The notes: generated by a model from the letters alone, not told the origin. Positions 50,001-59,157 are shown, numbered from the stretch's first letter. The stretch is DNA of 64,000 nucleotides from Deltaproteobacteria bacterium (GCA_040218735.1 JAVJQW010000062.1:341838-405837); one strand, 5' to 3'. Translations and numbers: made by a program.

Positions 50001-50297
50001 GGGGTTCGCGGGATTGCTCGTGACCTGGCGCCGCGTGACGAACTCGGCGTCAGCCGCCAAACCGTAGCCGCGGTCGTCGACGACGATCTCCCAGCCGGCG
50101 AGCTCGTCCTCGTCGCGCAGGCCGTCGCCGTCGGTGTCGTGGCCGGGCCCGTCGCTGCAGACGAACGCGATGCAATAGAGCCCGTCCGAGCAGTCGTCCG
50201 CGGCCGCGCAGGCGTTTTTGTCGCCCGCGTCGAGGCCACCGCACGCCGCGAGGGTCAGCAGCGCGCTGAAGACAAGGGCTCGATCTCGATGCTTCAT
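47034..50297 (-). CDS. Large lipoprotein with DxDGDG Ca-binding repeats, a binary-toxin-B/protective-antigen-like core and a C-terminal beta-propeller
   Basis: Lipobox LAAC; Cys-rich motif; repeated D-T/S-DGDG; Ser/Thr-rich strands; C-terminal SPDG/TPDG lactonase-type blades. Confidence 0.75.
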   Translation of the reverse strand: MKHRDRALVFSALLTLAACGGLDAGDKNACAAADDCSDGLYCIAFVCSDGPGHDTDGDGLRDEDELAGWEIVVDDRGYGLAADAEFVTRRQVTSNPANPDTDGDGLGDLEEFQNRFDPSRADSDGDGLADGVEMTQYRSNVLSVDSDGDARDPSGTTLPLAALFDASELAAGTSPTLADTDGDGKTDYEELDSTVRDPRIAEIPQAEIAIAGDLAVLLNVTYEESNGQETTYGEEFSTTQSSRMSRSDMESTTITMAASKGGDGFFDDLELSKEGALKFVAGKALELARDAACQQVAGGEAAFDSSAPQELVEAVGFLDGLSNGAFSDAADTLGACEPPTPETTNTTSTTLTRESSESATEAYSNYRTDAQSSSETAADGTVSVGVRIKNVGISTFELSPPSLTMFQWQASPRPDAQGAGGYRTLTTLQMAVPEPVVLAPNEEQIIQVENTAVNTDVVKGFLARPQAVFFSPARFALSDRDGVDFDFLTEETFARTATLVIDDGIGPPSRYQVATNVNREPDGAFAGVRMGDVLRDIVEVDFTTKSVERAVDGATVMVDELESLGGVANARAADRGDPAAGILGDPERVWIIYTQRDEQARADLPFEDIRLLAGDEVRLVYLRDEDGDGVMAREELIYGSADDEPDTDGDGLFDYVELRAGWNVRIDFDAPVGTASTVTYRVYSNPTRVDSDLDGWTDAEERDAGTDPNNPDTDDDGLEDRCEVMPLTPDDATPNFDCAPQVVALQVGLRTFAVGEDRWLSEIAASPLVGNLGNFADIVYSKDGLFGFSAGGYGAAGPRGVNVWNVDPSTHAHTIARNQLSMTNNIIQEVAIDPFEPILYAAGFSDIMRFAIAEDGSLTVEQRIGDLNGTNCGADFVKVADNGRFLFVAGSCVGDWAVYAINRDPTLGPIGELEPQPMMRGNVDLSGFEDVVLTPDGQHFLLLHAGFTRGHLTVLEVNEVQRTIRSLTSGAFQMEPDPSSMALSPDGRRLYVASGQAIFMYETAFDSSQVLREIDADGDASNGFTGFDIGSEVTEMEITPDGRALYTTWAYDGAGTTIGFDIAPDGALQEIDRIGNFGAATIGFVVR

Positions 50298-50407
50298 GGC
50301 GGTCCCTACGTGGGCGAACCCGAGTTGGGCCGCTCGAGGCCCGATAAAGTTCGTCGCTGACCGCCGTCGCCGTCAACGTCGCACGGTTGACGCGACAACC
50401 CCCAGAC

Positions 50408-50935
50408 TCAAAAGAACTGCTCGTCGCGCGGGCGCAGCTTCGCGTCGACGCGCGAGAACAGGGCGTACAGCGGGTAGCCGAGGAGCACGGCGCCGAGGAA
50501 CAGCGACAACAGCCCCGGGCTCATCGAGGTCACCGTGGAGCGCCCCGGGCCGAGCGTCGCCTGCATCAGCAGGCGCACGACGAGCCCGAGCACCGTGGTC
50601 GCCACGACGATCGCGGCGACGATCGGCGGGCGCGAGCCGACGATGCGGAAGACGAAGAGCCGCAGGAGGAGGAACTGGATCACCGTCGACGCCCAGTACA
50701 GGCCCTTCGGCTCGCCCGAGAACAGGTCCGCGAGGTAACCGACGCCGAACGCCGCGATGAGCCCGGCGAACAGCTCGAGCTCGAGCGACAGGAACACGAC
50801 GATCGGCGCGACCACGTCGAGGCGGAGCGAGGGCGAGCGCGACAGGACGCTGTTCGTCGCGAGCACGAAGGTCGCGACGCCGAACAGCGCCGCGAAGCGA
50901 AGCGCCGCCCCCTGGTTCGGAGCCGGGCCGCTCAC
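50408..50935 (-). CDS. mreD: Rod shape-determining protein MreD
   Basis: Hydrophobic; 'AFGVGYLADLFSG'; GTG start overlaps the mreC stop. Confidence 0.8.
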   Translation of the reverse strand: MSGPAPNQGAALRFAALFGVATFVLATNSVLSRSPSLRLDVVAPIVVFLSLELELFAGLIAAFGVGYLADLFSGEPKGLYWASTVIQFLLLRLFVFRIVGSRPPIVAAIVVATTVLGLVVRLLMQATLGPGRSTVTSMSPGLLSLFLGAVLLGYPLYALFSRVDAKLRPRDEQFF

Positions 50936-51843
50936 GGGTGGGCCTCCGCGGTGCTGGTGTCGACCTGGAGCGACGGCGGCAACAGCGGCTCGGGCGTGGC
51001 GATGATCTCGGGGCTCTCGGGAGCGACCACGATCGCGACGGTCTCGAGCCGCGCGAAGTCGACGTACGGGACGACGTCCGCGATGCGGTGCTGTACGCCG
51101 ACCTCGACGCGCACGTTCTTCACCACGCCGACGAACAACCCGCGCGGGAACACACCGCCCAACCCGTTGGTGACGATCTGATCGCCGACCTCGACGTCGT
51201 CGGAGCGCAACACCTCGGTGAGCTGCACGCGGAAGTCCGGGCCGAGCCCCATCCCGCGGATGCGCCCGCGCGCGCGGGTGCGCAGGACCGACGCGTGAAA
51301 GCTCACCTTGTCGTCCGCGATCAACAGCACCTCCGACTGCTTCCACCCCACGCGCTGCACGACGCCGACGAGGCCGCGACCGTCCGTAACCGTCTGGCCC
51401 AGCTCGACGCCGTCGAGGGCGCCGCGATCGACGAGGATCGTGCGCGCGGTCGGCGACGTGCCGGCGCCGGTCACCTTCGCGACGACGAGGTCGAGCGAAG
51501 GGTTGTCGTGATCGACGAGGAGGATCTGGCGCAGGTGTTCGTTCTCCACGCCGAGGTCCGCGAGGCGATCCCGCTCCAAGTCGAGCTTCCGGAGGCGCTG
51601 CTTCAGCTCCGCGTTCTCTTCGCGCGCGCCGACCACATCGACGTAGTTCGACCAGCCGTCGCTCACGATCCCGACCGCGCCGACCATCAGGCTCTGTAGC
51701 GGGCCCGTCACGAGGAGGACCACGCGGTCGAAGACGTTCAGATCCCCGGGCACCTTATCCTGGGATCGGTAGACGATGAGCGGGAGCAGCACCGTCACGA
51801 GGACGGCGATCGGCTTACGGTGGCGTTTGAGAAACGCGAACAA
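50932..51843 (-). CDS. mreC: Rod shape-determining protein MreC
   Basis: 'EENAELK', 'ENEHLRQIL', 'GLVG', 'GLGGVFPRGL'; follows mreB. Confidence 0.92.
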   Translation of the reverse strand: MFAFLKRHRKPIAVLVTVLLPLIVYRSQDKVPGDLNVFDRVVLLVTGPLQSLMVGAVGIVSDGWSNYVDVVGAREENAELKQRLRKLDLERDRLADLGVENEHLRQILLVDHDNPSLDLVVAKVTGAGTSPTARTILVDRGALDGVELGQTVTDGRGLVGVVQRVGWKQSEVLLIADDKVSFHASVLRTRARGRIRGMGLGPDFRVQLTEVLRSDDVEVGDQIVTNGLGGVFPRGLFVGVVKNVRVEVGVQHRIADVVPYVDFARLETVAIVVAPESPEIIATPEPLLPPSLQVDTSTAEAHP

Positions 51844-51849
51844 AAGACC

Positions 51850-52881
51850 TCAGCTCACTGCAATCTTGTGGAGCAGGTCGAGCTTGTCGAGGGTGTCGCC
51901 GATCCCGCGCACGACGGCGCACGTCGGATCGTCGCAGACCATGACCGGGAGGCCGGTCTCGGTGCGGAGCAGGACGTCGAGGTTCTTGAGGAGCGATCCA
52001 CCGCCGGCGAGGACGATCCCGCGGTCCACGATGTCCGCCGCGAGCTCGGGCGGGGTGCGCTCCAGCGAGACGCGGACGGCCTCGACGATCGAGCTGACGG
52101 TCTCGGAGAGGGCCTCGCGGATCTCGTCGGAGTTGAGGACGACGCCCATCGGGACCCCGCCGACCACGTCGCGGCCCTTGACCTCCATCTCTTCGAGGGA
52201 GTCCGTGGGGGCCGCCGAGCCGATCTTCTTCTTCACCTCCTCGGCGGTCTGCTCGCCCAAGAGGAGGTTGTAGCGGCGTTTGACGTACTGCGAGATGGCT
52301 TCGTCCATCTTCTCCCCGCCCAGGCGGACCGAGTTGGCGAAGACGATCCCGCTGAGGCTGATGACGGCGACCTCGGTCCGGCCGCCGCCCACGTCGACGA
52401 TCATGTTGCCGGAGGGCTCGGTGATCGGGAGGTTGGCGCCAATCGCGGCGGCCATCGGCTCCTCGATGATGAACACCTCGCGGGCCCCGGCGGTCGTCAC
52501 GGCCTCCCGGACGGCGCGTTTTTCGACCTCGGTGACCCCGACCGGGGTGCACACGATGGTCCGCGGCGCCGCAAGGCTTCGATTTCCTTGCACCTTCTTG
52601 ATGAAGTACCGGAGCATCGCCGAGACGGACTCGAAGTCGGCGATGACGCCGTTCCGCATGGGGCGGATGGCCTCGATGCCCGTCGGGGTGCGCCCGAGCA
52701 TCTCCTTGGCGGCCGTCCCGACCGCGGAGACCTTCCGTGCGCCCGTGTGATCCCGCGCGACGGCCACGACGGTGGGCTCGTTGGCCACGATGCCCTCGCC
52801 CCGGGCGAAGATCCGCGTGTTCGAGGTGCCGAGATCGATCGCGAGATCGTTGGACAGAAAGCCCTTGAGCCACTTGAACAT
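51850..52881 (-). CDS. mreB: Cell shape protein MreB
   Basis: AIDLGTSNT, GVIADF, EEPMAAAIGA, PPELAADI, GGGSLL. Confidence 0.97.
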   Translation of the reverse strand: MFKWLKGFLSNDLAIDLGTSNTRIFARGEGIVANEPTVVAVARDHTGARKVSAVGTAAKEMLGRTPTGIEAIRPMRNGVIADFESVSAMLRYFIKKVQGNRSLAAPRTIVCTPVGVTEVEKRAVREAVTTAGAREVFIIEEPMAAAIGANLPITEPSGNMIVDVGGGRTEVAVISLSGIVFANSVRLGGEKMDEAISQYVKRRYNLLLGEQTAEEVKKKIGSAAPTDSLEEMEVKGRDVVGGVPMGVVLNSDEIREALSETVSSIVEAVRVSLERTPPELAADIVDRGIVLAGGGSLLKNLDVLLRTETGLPVMVCDDPTCAVVRGIGDTLDKLDLLHKIAVS

Positions 52882-52953
52882 CGCGTTTCGACCGTCGCTT
52901 CGATAGCAAAGGGGTTTTCAAATCTCAAACCATTCCGCTAGGGAAGAGCGCCT

Positions 52954-54525
52954 ATGCTTGGAGCCCTTCGGCGGAACAAGAACAACCCGATCATCACGAT
53001 TCTCCTCGGTGCCGTGGCGGTGCTGATGATCGGCTTCGGCGTGTCGATTCAGGGCGGCCCCGCCGGCGGTCACATCGCGACCGTGGACGGCGAAGGGATC
53101 CTGGAGTCGGACTACAACACCCGTTACGCGAGCATGTTCCGATCGCGTCAGCAGCGGGACCGCAAGTACGACCGCACGCGCGCGCAGCAGGACCAGCTCC
53201 GCGAGAGCACGCTGTACGGGATGATCACCGGGAAGATCCTCGCGCTCGAAGCGGCGTCGCAGGGGCTCGCGGTCGACGACCAGGCGCTGCGCGACGACAT
53301 CCTCGAAAACGAGATGTTCCAGGTCGACGGCAAGTTCGACAAGGAACAGTACGAGCGGATGCTCAACTACATGCAGACGTCCGACCGCAACTTCGAGCAG
53401 TCGGAGCGGGACCGCATCCTCGCGCAGATCTACCTGACCGCGCTGCAGGGCGTCCCGGTGTCGGACGAAGAGCTGCGCCTCGAGTGGGAGCAGAACGAGC
53501 GCAAGGTGAACATCGAGCTCATCCGCGTGAAGAAGGACGCGTTTGCGAGCGAGGTCGGCACCGTGACGCCGGAGGACACGAAGGCGTTCCTCGCGAAGGA
53601 AGGCTCCGACGTGAAGGTGAAGGCGTACTACTCGAAGAACAAGGCTTCGAAGTACGACGTCCCGAAGAAGGTCTGCGCGCAGCAGATCCTCGTCCGCGCC
53701 GACAAACACACGCCGCCGGACCTCCTCGAGGAGGCGCGGACCAAGGCGAAGAAGGCGCACGACGCCGTCACCGGCGGCCAGGACTTCACCGCCGCGGCGA
53801 AGAAGTTCTCGGACGGCAACAACGCGAACAAGGGCGGCGAGATGGGCTGCTTCGCGGTCGGTCAGGTGCTGCCGAAGGTCGAGGAGGCCGCGTTCGGGAT
53901 GAAGGTCGGCGACATCTCGCCCATCCTGCAGACGAACTTCGGTTTCACGATCATCAAGGTGAACGAGATCAAGGAGCCGGTGCAGAAGAAGCTCGAAGAG
54001 GTCGAGGACGAGATCGCGACGCAGCTCGTGAAGCTCGACCGCGCCGGCGAGAAGGCGAAGGCCGAGGCGGAGCGCGTCCTGAAGGAGGCCGCCGGGCACG
54101 AGACGCTCACGGCGCTGGCCCTGGTCCTCAACGAGGCGAAGGACAAGCCGATCACCTACAACGCCGAGGAGACCGGGCCGTTCCCCGCGGGTCGTGACTT
54201 CCTGCCGCGGCTGGGCTCGGCGTCCGAGATCGCGTCGGCGGCGTGGTCGCTGACCAAGGAGAAGCCGCTGCCGTCGAAGGTCTACGAGACGGACGACGCG
54301 TGGATCGTGATTCGGCTGAAGGACAAGGTCGAGCCGGACGTCACCCAGTTCGAGATGCAGAAGAAGGGGCTCCTCTACAGCCAGATGATCGACAAGCAGA
54401 ACGCGGTGTTCGAGGGCCTGTCGAAGCGCCTCCGCGGGCAGCACAAGGTGGAGATCGATCCCTTCGCGTTCGTCTACGACGAGACGATCCGCGCCGAGCG
54501 CCGCCAGCGCCGCGGGCAGTTCTAA
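52954..54525 (+). CDS. ppiD: PpiD/SurA-like periplasmic folding chaperone with a parvulin domain
   Basis: N-terminal TM, SurA_N-like region, 'FTAAAKKFSD...GGEMG...TNFGFTIIKV'. Confidence 0.82.
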   Translation: MLGALRRNKNNPIITILLGAVAVLMIGFGVSIQGGPAGGHIATVDGEGILESDYNTRYASMFRSRQQRDRKYDRTRAQQDQLRESTLYGMITGKILALEAASQGLAVDDQALRDDILENEMFQVDGKFDKEQYERMLNYMQTSDRNFEQSERDRILAQIYLTALQGVPVSDEELRLEWEQNERKVNIELIRVKKDAFASEVGTVTPEDTKAFLAKEGSDVKVKAYYSKNKASKYDVPKKVCAQQILVRADKHTPPDLLEEARTKAKKAHDAVTGGQDFTAAAKKFSDGNNANKGGEMGCFAVGQVLPKVEEAAFGMKVGDISPILQTNFGFTIIKVNEIKEPVQKKLEEVEDEIATQLVKLDRAGEKAKAEAERVLKEAAGHETLTALALVLNEAKDKPITYNAEETGPFPAGRDFLPRLGSASEIASAAWSLTKEKPLPSKVYETDDAWIVIRLKDKVEPDVTQFEMQKKGLLYSQMIDKQNAVFEGLSKRLRGQHKVEIDPFAFVYDETIRAERRQRRGQF

Positions 54526-54586
54526 CCCGGCGTAGGTCTTCCTGCGCCGTTGCGCCCGCCTCCACAACCAGGTTGACTCGCGCCCG

Positions 54587-55654
54587 ATGAGCGCCGCCCC
54601 CCACCCCGACGCTTCGTTCCTCCCCGAGTACCCCGAGCGCGTGTCGCGCCAGATCTTCCTGTACCTGCAGCGGGGCTTGTACTGGAGCCGCGCGGGCCGG
54701 GCGTTCCTGTTCGGGACCGGCGCGGCCGGGGCGATCATCTGGGAGTACCACAGCGTCGCGCCGCCGGATGAGGCGCGGTGGATCGAGCCGTCGAACCGCG
54801 TCGACACCGGGCGGTTCGAGCGGCAGATCGCGTTCCTCGCGCGGCGCCGGAACGTGGTCTCGATGGACGAGCTCGTCGACGCGATCCAGCGCGACAAGAA
54901 GCTCCCCGCGGGGAGCGTGGTGCTGACGTTCGACGACGGCTACCGCGACAACTACACCTACGTCGCCTCCGCCCTCGCCGCCTACGACCTACCCGCGACG
55001 CTCTACCTCCCGACCGGGCTCGTGACCCGGCAAGAGTCGCCCTGGGCCGACCGCATCTACACCGCGTTCAAGTACCGGCGCCGCGACACGTTCGAGCACC
55101 CGGACGTCGCCGGCTCGCCGTTCGATCTCCGTACCAGCGCCAAGGCCGCCTACGGTGCGATTGCCTCCACGCTGCTCGACGCGTCGCGCGCGACCCGCGA
55201 CGACATCCTCGCGGCGCTCGACGAACAGCTCGACCCCGAGGTCACGGCGCCGTGCCTCACGCTCGACTGGGCGACGCTCAGGAAGATGCAGGCCGAGTTC
55301 CCCACGTTCCAGCTCGGCGTCCACTCCGTGAACCACATCGACCTGACCGCGCACGGCGAAGCGACCGCGGCGGAGGAGATCGACGGCTGCGTCGAGGTCT
55401 ACGAGCGCGAGCTGGGTGTTACGCCCCGCCACTTCGCGTACCCGTACGACCGGCACGACGCGATGACCCACGCGATCGTCTCCACCCGCACCCTCGCGAG
55501 CGCGGTCTGCAACGGGCCCGACGTCCTGATCGACGGCAAGTCCGACCCGTTCGCCCTCCCCCGGCTCGCCGCGCCGGACTCGATGAGCCTGTACCGGTTC
55601 TGGTCGAGTGGCGCGTACCCGGGGCTCCCGCGCGCGTTGTTCGGGCGCGCATGA
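54587..55654 (+). CDS. Polysaccharide deacetylase (CE4/NodB)
   Basis: YHSV, LTFDDGY, HSVNH, FAYPY. Confidence 0.9.
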   Translation: MSAAPHPDASFLPEYPERVSRQIFLYLQRGLYWSRAGRAFLFGTGAAGAIIWEYHSVAPPDEARWIEPSNRVDTGRFERQIAFLARRRNVVSMDELVDAIQRDKKLPAGSVVLTFDDGYRDNYTYVASALAAYDLPATLYLPTGLVTRQESPWADRIYTAFKYRRRDTFEHPDVAGSPFDLRTSAKAAYGAIASTLLDASRATRDDILAALDEQLDPEVTAPCLTLDWATLRKMQAEFPTFQLGVHSVNHIDLTAHGEATAAEEIDGCVEVYERELGVTPRHFAYPYDRHDAMTHAIVSTRTLASAVCNGPDVLIDGKSDPFALPRLAAPDSMSLYRFWSSGAYPGLPRALFGRA

Positions 55655-55667
55655 AAGGCCACTCCGC

Positions 55668-56828
55668 GTGAAGAAGAAACTCGACGTTCGCATCGAAGAG
55701 ATCCGCGTCCGCGACATCGGCCAGTACGCGCTGGAGCAGGCGAAGGGCGACCAGATGATCACGATCTCGCGCACGCGCGGCACCGCGTGGGCGAACAACC
55801 CGCTCGCCGACCCGGACGACGTCGCGCTGCTCGTCGCCCACGTCGACGATCGGGCGGTGGGTTACTTCGGGTTGATGACCGGCATGGTCCGCAACCCCGA
55901 GACCGGCGACCGGCCGATGACGTTTGCGTCGACGTGGTTCGTCGACCCGAACCTCAAGGGCGGCGGCGTCGGCGGCAAGCTGATGCGCCACTCGTTCGGG
56001 CTCGGCCGCGACGTCGTACTGACGAACCTCTCCGACGACGCCGGCACGGTGAGCAAAGCGCTGGGCCTGGTGCACCTCGATCCGCTGCCGTACTGGCACG
56101 CGAACCTCCTCGACACGAAGGGCCTCAGCCTCCCCTTCCTCGCCGCCCGCAAGCTCGGCAACCGCCTCGACATGCGCGAGGACGAGCGCTACCGCCCCGT
56201 GCTCCTCGCCGGGCGACACCTCTCGCGCGACGGGCTGTACGCGGGCCTCATGCTCCCGCTCCTCCCGCTGCTCCGCGACATCCGCACGACGGAGATCGCC
56301 GCGATCGACAGCACGATGGAGGAGGCGCACGACCGCTGGGCGCCGAAGCGCTTCCTCCGCACCAAGGAGGTCGTCAACTGGATGCTGAACGACCCGTGGG
56401 TGATGGTCCGCCCCCGCACCGCGGAAGACGACCGGTACTACTTCGACGACCACCGCCGCTTCTTCCGTCGCGTAGCGCTGCGCATCGAAGGCAAGGACGG
56501 GCGCGACAAGGGCTTCGTGATCGTCCGCTCCCACGAGGACAGCTGGGGCACGCGCCACACCGCGATGTTCGATCACCTCCTGCACGACCCCGCGGACTAC
56601 CGCTACGCCTTCGCCGTCGCGATGCGCGAAGCGGCCTACGCCCGCGCCGACGAGATCTCGCTCCCCGACGGCTGCGCGAAGTCGATCGAGGGCTCCCCGA
56701 TCTACGCGCGGATCTTCGCCCGCAAGAAGCGCACGTACGTCTACAAGCCGGCGCCGGACAGCCCGATCGACGCCGTGAAGGACGACATCGCCCTGTTCTT
56801 CGCGGACAGCGACGTCGCCTTCTGCTGA
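55668..56828 (+). CDS. GNAT-domain protein
   Basis: 'WFVDPNLKGGGVGGKLM' acetyl-CoA loop; follows the deacetylase. Confidence 0.65.
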   Translation: MKKKLDVRIEEIRVRDIGQYALEQAKGDQMITISRTRGTAWANNPLADPDDVALLVAHVDDRAVGYFGLMTGMVRNPETGDRPMTFASTWFVDPNLKGGGVGGKLMRHSFGLGRDVVLTNLSDDAGTVSKALGLVHLDPLPYWHANLLDTKGLSLPFLAARKLGNRLDMREDERYRPVLLAGRHLSRDGLYAGLMLPLLPLLRDIRTTEIAAIDSTMEEAHDRWAPKRFLRTKEVVNWMLNDPWVMVRPRTAEDDRYYFDDHRRFFRRVALRIEGKDGRDKGFVIVRSHEDSWGTRHTAMFDHLLHDPADYRYAFAVAMREAAYARADEISLPDGCAKSIEGSPIYARIFARKKRTYVYKPAPDSPIDAVKDDIALFFADSDVAFC

Positions 56829-56846
56829 GCCGCGCAGCGGCGAACC

Positions 56847-56868
56847 CTTGAACTTGAACTTGAACTTG
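56847..56868. repeat. Hexamer microsatellite (CTTGAA)x3.7 between convergent genes
   Basis: cttgaacttgaacttgaacttg. Confidence 0.8.
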
Positions 56869-56910
56869 CCCTGAGCAGCGTTCGCCCAAAGCTCGGTCGA
56901 CCCGCCCGAA

Positions 56911-57513
56911 CTACGTCCTCTGAGGCCACCGCCCCGGCGAGGCCCCTGCCCTCGGCGCCCCCGTCTCGATCCACGTCAGAAACGCGGCCGGCGAATAGAA
57001 CCGCGTCACCAGCGCCCCGACCGTCAGCACCGCGCCCGGGTACAGCTCGGCGCGCCCGTGGGCGGTGATCCGGACCTCGTCCAGGAACGTCCCGTTGCGC
57101 GCGCCGAGATCGTTCACGAAGCACCGATCCCGATCCTCGCCCCACAGGATCTCCGCGTGAAAGCGCGACACACTCTCGTCGAGCAGCACGATGTCGGCGT
57201 CCGGCGAGCGCCCGAGCGAGACGCGGTTGGTGTGTTGGCCGCGTTTGGGGCGGACCTCCAGGCAGAGGGCGTCGAGGCTCGCGCCGACGAGCGCCTGCGA
57301 CGACAGGTCGATCTCCGTCGTCGTCGTCGACTCCTGGATCACGGTCTCCGGGCGCCGGATCCGGAACAGCACGTCCGGGCTCGGCTCGGGTACGACGAGC
57401 ATCGGCCACGCGTAGCGCGCCAGGAACTCGGCACGGCTGAGGGATGCGGCGTCGGCGAGGTAGGCGTCGAGCGGTGCGAGGTTATCGCGGAGCATCGGGG
57501 CTTCGTGACCCAT
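56911..57513 (-). CDS. FHA-domain protein (canonical motifs)
   Basis: LGRS..DIVL.DESVSRFHA...DLGARNGT; start at 57513 or 57495. Confidence 0.88.
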   Translation of the reverse strand: MGHEAPMLRDNLAPLDAYLADAASLSRAEFLARYAWPMLVVPEPSPDVLFRIRRPETVIQESTTTTEIDLSSQALVGASLDALCLEVRPKRGQHTNRVSLGRSPDADIVLLDESVSRFHAEILWGEDRDRCFVNDLGARNGTFLDEVRITAHGRAELYPGAVLTVGALVTRFYSPAAFLTWIETGAPRAGASPGRWPQRT

Positions 57514-57554
57514 CTTCGGACCCACCGAACCTCGGCGCAATGGGCGAACCCCGA

Positions 57555-58106
57555 TCAGGGCGGCTCGAGCTCGTAGCGTTCGACGTCGTCGGGCGCGTCG
57601 ACGTCGATCAGGGGTGCGTCCAGCTCCACGTACGTCGCGTCGAGCGCAGCGAGGAGGCGGTGCATCGCGCGCGGCATCGGATCCACGGCGAGCAGCGCAT
57701 CCCGTGAGAACACGCTGATCATCGACTGCTGCATCCCATCGTGTCGCCCTACGGCCGCACGCGCCCCACCTTCGACCGCCGCGAGCAGCGTCTTCGCGAC
57801 GTCGACCGGCGGATCGACGAGGTCCCCACCGACGAGCAGGAGTGTCTTGGCATTGACGGCCCGCGCCGCTGCGAACAACGCAGCCGCCGGCCCTTCCCCC
57901 GGGTCTTCCAGGCAAGCGCCGATCGCCCCCAGCGCCGAATGCATCGAGGCCGGCGCGACGACGTACGCGTCATCGACGAGCGGCGCGAACCGTTCGAGCG
58001 CGTGCGCGAGGAGCGTTTGTCCGTCGGCGCGACGGAGCAGCGGTTTGACGACGCCGCCGAGCCGACGCCCTCGCCCGCCCGCGAGGACGAGCAACGCGAC
58101 GTTCAG
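57555..58106 (-). CDS. mobA: Molybdenum cofactor guanylyltransferase
   Basis: LAGGRGRRLGG..K, 'GPAAAL', 'GDL', 'DVDAPDD'; start uncertain (CTG 58106 or TTG 58094). Confidence 0.8.
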   Translation of the reverse strand: MNVALLVLAGGRGRRLGGVVKPLLRRADGQTLLAHALERFAPLVDDAYVVAPASMHSALGAIGACLEDPGEGPAAALFAAARAVNAKTLLLVGGDLVDPPVDVAKTLLAAVEGGARAAVGRHDGMQQSMISVFSRDALLAVDPMPRAMHRLLAALDATYVELDAPLIDVDAPDDVERYELEPP

Positions 58107-58684
58107 GGGCAGCTCCAGAGGCCGGAGCTCGAGCTCTGCGCCTGCTGCTCGATGTCGATGTACTTCGCGGTGTCGCGGTGCGTGAACCGCGCGCCGCGGA
58201 ACGTGCGCGAGTGACCGAGGCGCAGGCTGTCTTCGTTCAGCGTGTTGCCGAGGTACTTCACGTACGCGAGGAGCCGATCGAAGTCGTCGCGGCACGCGTC
58301 GGTGGCCGCCGGCGGACGACACTTCGTGGGGTCGAACTCCAGCGTGACGATGCGGCCTTCGATGCGGTCGCGCAGGAACGCGTGGGACTCGTCGCCCCAG
58401 CAGTCCGCGGGATCGTCGTCGTGCTGGATCTCCGGCGCATCGATGCCGAGGAGACGGACACGTTGGCCGTCGAGCGGCCGGCTGTCCGGTCCGCGGACGG
58501 TGGGGCCCGCGCTGACGATCAACGTGTCGCCGTCCAGGACGCGCTCGACCAGGATGTTCTGGGACGGGTGCCCTTGGTAGCCCGCGTCGCGGCCGACGGA
58601 TCCGCCGTCGTCGTCGTCGTCGCGGTCGGTCGGCTGGCAAGCGACCGCGAGGAGCAAGAGCCCGAAAAGACCGAAACGCTTCAT
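58103..58684 (-). CDS. Thermonuclease (SNase) lipoprotein
   Basis: Lipobox AVAC; DGDT, VRLLGIDAPE, DDFDRLLAYV, GLW. Confidence 0.92.
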   Translation of the reverse strand: MKRFGLFGLLLLAVACQPTDRDDDDDGGSVGRDAGYQGHPSQNILVERVLDGDTLIVSAGPTVRGPDSRPLDGQRVRLLGIDAPEIQHDDDPADCWGDESHAFLRDRIEGRIVTLEFDPTKCRPPAATDACRDDFDRLLAYVKYLGNTLNEDSLRLGHSRTFRGARFTHRDTAKYIDIEQQAQSSSSGLWSCP

Positions 58685-58740
58685 CGGATTCGTCGGAGCC
58701 TAACAAGCCGATCCGGCGGTGGCGTGCGTCGATCGGCGGG

Positions 58741-59157
58741 TCATGTCGGGTTGCGCGCCGCGAGCGTCTTCTCGAGGAGCACGGCGTCGTCTCCGTCCTG
58801 GTAATACCCGGCGCGGCGCCCGACGGGCCGATAATCCGCGGCCGCGTACAGGGCCCGAGCGGCCGCGTTCCGGGCGGCGACCTCCAGGTGCACGACGGCG
58901 CCCCCCGCGGTCTGGACCTCGGCTTCGAAGTCCGCGAGGAGGCGCCGGCCCGCGCCGCGTCGGCGATGTTCAGGGTCGATCACGATCAGGAGGAGCTCGG
59001 CTTCGTCCAGCACGAGGCGCCCCAGCGCGAAGCCGACCGGGGGCTGCACCACCGCGACCGTTCCCGGGTGCGCGAGGGTCTCGGCGAGGGACGCCTCGGA
59101 CCAGCCTTCGACGCCGGCCGCCGCGGCGAGCGACGCGACGAAGCTCAGTTCAGACAC
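58741..59157 (-). CDS. rimI: RimI-like N-acetyltransferase
   Basis: EAELL, RRRGAG, LEVAARNAAARALY, GRRAGYY. Confidence 0.8.
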   Translation of the reverse strand: MSELSFVASLAAAAGVEGWSEASLAETLAHPGTVAVVQPPVGFALGRLVLDEAELLLIVIDPEHRRRGAGRRLLADFEAEVQTAGGAVVHLEVAARNAAARALYAAADYRPVGRRAGYYQDGDDAVLLEKTLAARNPT

